Below, piece after piece: positions 24,008-32,000 of a stretch of DNA of 32,000 nt. Source of the DNA: Arthrobacter sp. A5. GTDB lineage: Bacteria > Actinomycetota > Actinomycetes > Actinomycetales > Micrococcaceae. The position numbers were made by a program, and so were the translations under genes. Under the pieces are notes generated by a model. That model saw nothing but the letters and a program-made list of their open reading frames with translations. It made no database searches and had not been told where the DNA came from. The stretch lies in NCBI RefSeq assembly GCF_051131705.1, contig NZ_CP180316.1, positions 1,276,158 to 1,308,157 on the forward strand, given 5' to 3'. How positions within the stretch are numbered: the first letter of the stretch is position 1; the number at the start of each line of letters is the position of its first letter.

Positions 24008-24345
24008 GCGCCGGTCACGGTCGGGCCCATAACCAGATCTGGGCGGACAACCGCTTCAAGACGTGGTTAATCGAACTGCTCAATCCTGCATACAATATTT
24101 GTTTCGGTGGATTTGGTCGCTGGATCGCTAGCGAACCCTAATTACCCCGCCCGGGCTGATTTTCTTCAGTGGGTGCAGCGCCGATTCGAGGCCGATTCGA
24201 GAACGTCGGCGCGGGCCTGGCCGAACAGGATGTCGGACCGGGTGGGGATCCGGCCCCGGTAGCGGATCTCTCCAGCCGGTGTCAGTGCCCCGGGGATAGA
24301 GTGAAACGCGAACACCCGAGCGGCATCGAGGGAAGGAGTTTTCAC

Positions 24346-25737
24346 ATGAGCACGCAGCAAGCCCATCAACAACCTGCAGGCAAGGAGGGATCCCGCGCGC
24401 TGGTCTACGCGGTCAGTATCATTGCGGCCTTGGGTGGCCTGCTCTTCGGCTACGACACCGGTGTCATTTCCGGGGCGCTGCTGTTCATCGGCGACGAATT
24501 CCACCTGGATCCACTCTCCGAGGGCGTCGTGGTGAGCTCGCTGCTGATCGGCGCCATGGCAGGCGCCATCGCCTGCGGGCCGCTGGCGGACAAAATCGGT
24601 CGGCGTTTATCCATCACCGGGGCAGCAACGATCTTCGCCATCGGCGCCGTCGTAGCGGCGCTTGCTCCGAGCGTGGGAACGCTCATCACCGCGCGCGTCA
24701 TCCTCGGCATCGCCGTAGGTGCGGCCTCCGTCCTGGTGCCGCTGTTCATTGCCGAGGCCGCACCACCGGCCACGCGCGGCAAGCTGGTCTCCTTCAACCA
24801 GCTGATGATCACCATCGGCATCCTGGTTGCCTACCTGACGAATGCGGCCTTCGCGTACGACGGCGGCTGGCGCTGGATGTTCGGACTGGCACTGATTCCG
24901 TCGGCCGCGTTAGGCATCGGGATGCTGTTCCTGCCGGAAACGCCGCGCTGGCTCGTGGAAAAAGGTCGAATAGAGGAGGCCAAGGCGGTTTTGCTGAGGC
25001 TGCGCGGACCCCGTATTGCGGCCGTGGAGCTGGCGGATATCCAGCAGACCAAATCCGCGGAACAGCACAAGTCCACGCTGCGTGACCTGGCCAAACCCTG
25101 GGTGCGCCCGGCGCTCATCGCCGGGATCGGGGTATCAGTAATCGGCCAGGCCAGCGGCATCAACACCGTCATTTATTATGCCCCCACCATCTTTAATGCC
25201 ACCGGGTTGGGGCCCGCGGCGGCCATTCTGGCGACCGCCGGAGTGGGAGCCGTTAACGTGGTGATGACGCTGGTGGGCATGTCGCTGGTGGACAGGGTGG
25301 GCCGTCGGCTGCTGCTGATGATTGGATTTGCGATCATGACGGTGAGCCTGCTGGTTTTGGGGCTAGTCCTGCTGCCGAATCCGCTGCCGGCCTCCGCGGG
25401 CTGGATCGCCATCATCTGTGTGGCCGTCTACATCGCCGCTTTCGCGGTGAGCGTCGGGGTCGTCGTCTTTGTCCTGCCATCGGAGCTGTACCCGCTGAGC
25501 ATCCGAGGCTCGGCGATGAGCGCCACCTTGCTGTGCAACTGGGGGATGAACTTTGTCGTTTCGCTGACGTTCCTTTCCCTGTTCAACGGCTTGGGGAAGT
25601 CGCCGGTGTTCTGGCTGTACGCGGTGGTCTGTGCGCTGGGCTGGCTCTTCGCCGTCAAGCTAGTGCCCGAAACGAAGGGCCGCAGCCTGGAGGAAATCGA
25701 GAGCTGGCTGCGCAGCAAGGAAAACACGGCGTCCTAG
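24346..25737 (+). CDS. MFS sugar porter family transporter
   Basis: ATG at 24346, 7 nt after GGAAGGAG. Sugar-porter motifs LFGYDTGVISGAL, GRR, PETPRWL and PETKGRSLEEIE. 12 TM expected. The 59-aa upstream extension in the track ORF is unlikely. Confidence 0.88.
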   Translation: MSTQQAHQQPAGKEGSRALVYAVSIIAALGGLLFGYDTGVISGALLFIGDEFHLDPLSEGVVVSSLLIGAMAGAIACGPLADKIGRRLSITGAATIFAIGAVVAALAPSVGTLITARVILGIAVGAASVLVPLFIAEAAPPATRGKLVSFNQLMITIGILVAYLTNAAFAYDGGWRWMFGLALIPSAALGIGMLFLPETPRWLVEKGRIEEAKAVLLRLRGPRIAAVELADIQQTKSAEQHKSTLRDLAKPWVRPALIAGIGVSVIGQASGINTVIYYAPTIFNATGLGPAAAILATAGVGAVNVVMTLVGMSLVDRVGRRLLLMIGFAIMTVSLLVLGLVLLPNPLPASAGWIAIICVAVYIAAFAVSVGVVVFVLPSELYPLSIRGSAMSATLLCNWGMNFVVSLTFLSLFNGLGKSPVFWLYAVVCALGWLFAVKLVPETKGRSLEEIESWLRSKENTAS

Positions 25738-25786
25738 GAAACACAGGTCCTAGGAAACACAGCGTTTTAGGAAAACACGGCGTCCT
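25718..25786 (+). repeat. Four tandem 16-18-bp units straddling the MFS stop codon
   Basis: aggaaaacacggcgtcct / aggaaacacaggtcct / aggaaacacagcgtttt / aggaaaacacggcgtcct. The first and fourth units are identical. Confidence 0.8.
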
Positions 25787-25817
25787 AACGAGCACCAAAA
25801 ACCCCAAACTAACCAGG

Positions 25818-25855
25818 ATTTGTGGCTCCAATAAGCGCTCATTGGAGCCACAAAT
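25818..25855. terminator. Perfect 15-bp hairpin between the convergent MFS gene and cycA (candidate bidirectional terminator)
   Basis: atttgtggctccaat aagcgctc attggagccacaaat. It is unusually AT-rich for this sequence and sits between two convergent stop codons. Confidence 0.6.
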
Positions 25856-25883
25856 GCTGACCAGTTGGGGCGGTGGACGTGGC

Positions 25884-27377
25884 TCAGTTCCCGCCGGGCG
25901 CCTGGGCGTCGGCGAGGGTGTCCTTGTCCGACTGCAGCTCCTGCTGGAAGAGCGCATAGCGGGCCTTATGGCCGGGCCGGCGGCGGACCAGGGCCCAGGC
26001 GATTCCGAGCAGGGCAAACCAGATCGGCGTCACCAGCAGCGCCTGCAGCGTGTCCTGCTTCTGCGTCAGCGCCCAGAGCAGGAAGACGAAGAACGCCAGC
26101 ACCACGTAGCACATGGCCACACCGCCCGGCATCTTGAATTTCGACGCCGCGTGCAGCTGCGGGCGCCGTTTGCGGTAGACGAGGTAGCTGACCAGGATGA
26201 TGGTCCAGACGAACATGAAGAGCAGCGCGGAGATGGTGGTGACCACGGTGAAGGCCTCAATGATCGACGACCCTGCGTAGAGCAGCACGACGGCGGCGAG
26301 CAGGAACATGCAGGAGAAGAACAGGGCGTTGGCCGGCACGTGGTTGCGGGTGAGTTTACCGAACTTCCGCGGCGCGTTGCCTTCCTGCGCCAGCCCGAAG
26401 ACCATCCGCGAGGTGGAGTAAATGCCGGAGTTCGCCGACGACGCGGCGCTGGTCAGCACCACGAAGTTGATCATCCCGGCGGCGATCAGCAGCCCTGCCA
26501 GGCTGAACATCGTTACGAAGGGGCTCTTGTCGGCGGTGATTTCGCGCCACGGGGTCACCGAAATGATGACGATCAGGGCCACCACGTAAAAGAGCATCAC
26601 GCGGACGGGGATGGAGTTGATGGCCTTGGGCAGGTTCTTTTCTGGATCCTTGGCCTCCGCCGCGGTGGTACCGACGAGTTCAATGCCCACGAAGGCGAAG
26701 ACGGCGATCTGAAAACCGGCCACGAAGCCCATCGGCCCGGTCGGGAAGAGGCCGCCGTCGTTGTACAGATTGGCGAAACTTGCCTGCGCGCCGTTGGGTG
26801 CATGGAAGGCGGTGAAGACCATGACCAGGCCGACGATGATGAGCGTGACGATGGCGACGATTTTGACCAGGGCAAACCAGAATTCGGTCTCCCCGAAGGC
26901 CTTGACCGTCGGCAGGTTCAGTCCCAGCAGCACCGCGATGGCGGCCAGCGCCGGAATCCACAGCGGGAGTCCGGACCACCAGAAGCGGACGTAGCCGGAG
27001 ATGGCGATGATGTCCGCAATCCCGGTGACGATCCAGCAGAACCAGTAGGTCCAGCCCGTGAAGAATCCGGCCCAGGGTCCGAGCAGGTCCGCGGCGAAGT
27101 CGCTGAAGGATTTGTATTTGAGGTTGGAGAGCAGCAGTTCCCCCATCGCCCGCATGACAAAGAAGAGCATGAAGCCGATGATCATGTACACGAAAATGAC
27201 CGAGGGGCCGGCGAGGCTGATCGTCTTGCCCGAGCCCATGAACAGGCCGGTGCCGATGGCGCCGCCAATGGCTATCAGCTGGATGTGCCGGTTGGACAAG
27301 GAGCGGGTCAGGTGCGGTCCTTCCGCGGCCCGGTCAGGGGTGCGGACCGGCGGTTGAACCGTCGTTCTTTCAGACAT
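25884..27377 (-). CDS. cycA: D-serine/D-alanine/glycine transporter (APC family amino acid permease)
   Basis: Near-colinear resemblance to E. coli CycA as I recall it: NRHIQLIAIGGAIGTGLFMGSGKTISLAGPS, IFVYMIIGFMLFFVMRAMGELLLSN, KSFSDFA.DLLGPWAG.FTGWTYWFCW, FAFVGIELVGTTAAE.KDPEK.LP.AINSIP. ATG at 27377 is preceded by GAGAGAAG. Confidence 0.88.
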   Translation of the reverse strand: MSERTTVQPPVRTPDRAAEGPHLTRSLSNRHIQLIAIGGAIGTGLFMGSGKTISLAGPSVIFVYMIIGFMLFFVMRAMGELLLSNLKYKSFSDFAADLLGPWAGFFTGWTYWFCWIVTGIADIIAISGYVRFWWSGLPLWIPALAAIAVLLGLNLPTVKAFGETEFWFALVKIVAIVTLIIVGLVMVFTAFHAPNGAQASFANLYNDGGLFPTGPMGFVAGFQIAVFAFVGIELVGTTAAEAKDPEKNLPKAINSIPVRVMLFYVVALIVIISVTPWREITADKSPFVTMFSLAGLLIAAGMINFVVLTSAASSANSGIYSTSRMVFGLAQEGNAPRKFGKLTRNHVPANALFFSCMFLLAAVVLLYAGSSIIEAFTVVTTISALLFMFVWTIILVSYLVYRKRRPQLHAASKFKMPGGVAMCYVVLAFFVFLLWALTQKQDTLQALLVTPIWFALLGIAWALVRRRPGHKARYALFQQELQSDKDTLADAQAPGGN

Positions 27378-27564
27378 GAAACTTCTCTCAAGAGATGGAT
27401 AAGGCGCGCGAAAAGTCGGGGGTCGGGTGCTTGCCCGGAGTGGATGGTGCCGCTTTGGCCGCGGCTGCCTGGGTTTCAGTGTGTTGTCTGTCACGAGGTA
27501 ATGTCAAACGCGCACGGCTTTGGCCGGACGCGCCAACAGGGGTAAGCTGGTGAGCCGAATCACC

Positions 27565-27570
27565 TATAAT
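27565..27570 (+). promoter_or_regulatory. Candidate -10 box (TATAAT) for the gcv riboswitch transcript
   Basis: Perfect TATAAT about 15 nt upstream of the first riboswitch helix. The -35 is weak (GTAAGC at 17-nt spacing). Confidence 0.4.
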
Positions 27571-27585
27571 TTCACAGCCTCTGAA

Positions 27586-27775
27586 CCGCGGCGGGAGAGT
27601 CCTGCCGGTGCAACACCGTGCAGGCGCCGTAGGAGCAAATCCTCCCCAGGAATCTCTCAGGCCCCTGTACCGCTGCGGCAAGGCAACTCTGGAAAGTAGT
27701 CAGGCGAAAGCCCGGACTCACCGACGGTGCAAGCGGACTCGTGTCCGCGGAAACTCTCAGGTCCAATACAGAGCG
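27586..27775 (+). ncRNA. Tandem (two-aptamer) glycine riboswitch
   Basis: Aptamer 1: GGGAGAG..GCCGUAGGAGCAA..CUCUCAGGC. Aptamer 2: CUCUGGAAAG..CACCGACGGUGCAA..CUCUCAGGUCCAAUACAGAG. These match the GGAGAG / CACCGAAGGGGCAA / CUCAGGCAAAAGGAC cores. It lies directly upstream of gcvP. Confidence 0.85.
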
Positions 27776-27832
27776 GGGAGGAACCCGGCCCCTCCGGCAT
27801 CTTTGCGATGTCGGCCAAACTTGGAGTTCCTC

Positions 27833-30829
<2,997 letters not shown>

Positions 30830-30845
30830 CCCAGCGTCCATTAAC

Positions 30846-30881
30846 TCAGCGCCATCCACAGAATCAGCGCCATCCACAGAA
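30846..30881 (+). repeat. Perfect 18-bp tandem duplication in the gcvP-gcvT spacer
   Basis: tcagcgccatccacagaa twice (30846-30863, 30864-30881), preceded by a degenerate partial copy ccagcgtccattaac. Confidence 0.9.
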
Positions 30882-30892
30882 CGGTGACGATC

Positions 30893-32000
30893 ATGACAAC
30901 AACCACGAAATCCCAGTACACGGCCCTGTATGCGGAGCATGAGAAGCTGGGCGCCTCCTTTACCGACTTCGGCGGCTGGCAGATGCCGCTGAAGTACAGC
31001 AGCGAACTTGCCGAGCACCACGCGGTTCGCCGCACGGCGGGTCTCTTTGACCTGTCCCACATGGGTGAGGTCTGGGTGAGCGGCCCGGATGCGGGTGCGT
31101 TCCTGGACTTCGCACTGGTGGGAAAACTCTCCGCCGTCGTGGATGGCAAGGCCAAGTATTCGCTGATCTGCAACGACGAGGGCGGCATCATTGATGATCT
31201 GATCAGCTACCGCCGCTCCGATGAAAAGTATCTGGTAGTGCCCAATGCCGGCAATGCCCCGGTGGTGGCAGAGGCGCTGGCACAGCGGGCCGCGGGATTC
31301 GACGTCGTCGTCGATGACCAGTCCGCCGCCACCTCGTTGATTGCCATCCAGGGTCCGGACGCCGAGGCGATCCTGCTGGCGCTGGTCCCGGCAGCGGATG
31401 CCGAGGCGGTGCGCAGCCTTAAGTACTACGCCAGCACCGGCATTACTGTTCAGGCCGGCGACCAGGACATGGACGTTCTGCTGGCCCGCACCGGTTACAC
31501 CGGCGAAGACGGTTTCGAGCTCTACATCCCTAACGCGCAGGCAGCCGCGCTGTGGACCGCACTGTTGGCGGCCGGCGGGGAGAAGCTGGTTCCGGCGGGG
31601 CTGGCCTGCCGCGACTCGCTCCGGCTGGAGGCGGGCATGCCGCTCTACGGCAACGAGCTGAGCCTGGATATTGATCCGTTCTCCGCCGGTTTGGGGCCCA
31701 TTGTCGCGCTGTCCAAGCCCGGTGACTTCGTCGGACGCAGCGCCTTGGAAGGCAAAAAGGCCAGCGGCGCCGGCACGACCACGGGCCGCAGGCTGGTGGG
31801 TCTGCAGGGAACGGGCCGGCGCGCCGGCCGCTCACACTATCCGGTCACGCTGGACGGCAACGTGATCGGCGAGGTGACGTCCGGTGCGCCCAGCCCGACA
31901 CTCGGTTACCCGGTAGCGCTGGCCTATGTTGACGTCGAACATACCGAACGGGGCTCCGAAGTGAGCGTGGATCTGCGCGGCAGGCCGGAACCGTTCACGA
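30893..32000 (+). CDS. gcvT: Aminomethyltransferase, glycine cleavage system T protein, 3' end outside window
   Basis: My own translation from the ATG at 30893: MTTTTKSQYTALYAEHEKLGASFTDFGGWQMPLKYSSELAEHHAVRRTAGLFDLSHMGEVWVSG.. then ..ARTGYTGEDGFELY.. and ..CRDSLRLEAGMPLYGNEL. The frame is open to the window end, which explains its absence from the ORF track. Confidence 0.9.
   Translation, partial: MTTTTKSQYTALYAEHEKLGASFTDFGGWQMPLKYSSELAEHHAVRRTAGLFDLSHMGEVWVSGPDAGAFLDFALVGKLSAVVDGKAKYSLICNDEGGIIDDLISYRRSDEKYLVVPNAGNAPVVAEALAQRAAGFDVVVDDQSAATSLIAIQGPDAEAILLALVPAADAEAVRSLKYYASTGITVQAGDQDMDVLLARTGYTGEDGFELYIPNAQAAALWTALLAAGGEKLVPAGLACRDSLRLEAGMPLYGNELSLDIDPFSAGLGPIVALSKPGDFVGRSALEGKKASGAGTTTGRRLVGLQGTGRRAGRSHYPVTLDGNVIGEVTSGAPSPTLGYPVALAYVDVEHTERGSEVSVDLRGRPEPFT

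Noticed and set aside
27502-27507. Perfect TTGACA (minus strand) as the cycA -35 box
   Set aside because: No TANNNT-type -10 lies at 16-18 nt spacing (only acacac/aacaca), so a promoter call is not supportable.
25533-27545. 670-aa plus-strand ORF
   Set aside because: It is antisense to cycA, whose product matches a well-known permease almost colinearly. The translation is low-complexity (R/G/D/E/H-rich).
27378-27560. Second glycine riboswitch on the minus strand upstream of cycA
   Set aside because: Only a partial resemblance to the 3' core (CUCCGGGCAAGCACCCGAC) is present. No GGAGAG P1 or CACCGAAGGGGCAA element was found.
27608-27832. N-terminal extensions of track ORFs: gcvP from 27608, MFS from 24169, regulator from 4953, hypA from 21389, DUF6390-like from 11404
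   Set aside because: The extensions run through a riboswitch, leaders or a neighbouring gene and lack an RBS. The internal starts have good Shine-Dalgarno sequences and canonical N-termini.

Overview
GC-rich, actinobacterial-type chromosomal segment, densely coding, with G/C-dominated third codon positions that create many long antisense shadow ORFs. Left to right: (1) the 3' part of a prpE-like propionate-CoA ligase. (2) An IS3-family insertion sequence with a clear G_GGA_AAA -1 frameshift site, next to an internally deleted quinone-oxidoreductase remnant. (3) A CitA/DcuS-type two-component system divergent from dctA, with tandem 16-bp repeats in the shared promoter region. (4) A BtuF/FecCD-type ABC importer preceded by a candidate cobalamin riboswitch. 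(5) The centrepiece, about 12.2-22.7 kb: a complete group 1h (ex-group 5) high-affinity [NiFe]-hydrogenase locus on the minus strand. Its order is hoxN, hypA, hypB, hhyS, hhyL, hhyE, three conserved proteins of unknown function, an unannotated 39-aa membrane peptide, the maturation protease and hypC. Most junctions are stop/start overlaps. A convergent conserved hypothetical gene follows. (6) An orphan hypothetical gene and a decayed toxin-antitoxin pair; its RHH antitoxin is broken at a G7 homopolymer. (7) An MFS sugar porter. (8) cycA divergent from a tandem glycine riboswitch that leads gcvP and gcvT (gcvT runs off the window). I found no rRNA, tRNA, CRISPR array, prophage or recognisable defence system. 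The least understood biology here is the block of unknown-function genes inside the hydrogenase operon and the repeat-rich control region upstream of hypA. All calls come from reading the sequence and translations by eye. RNA-element and IS boundaries are approximate. Family and DUF names are recollections that need database confirmation.
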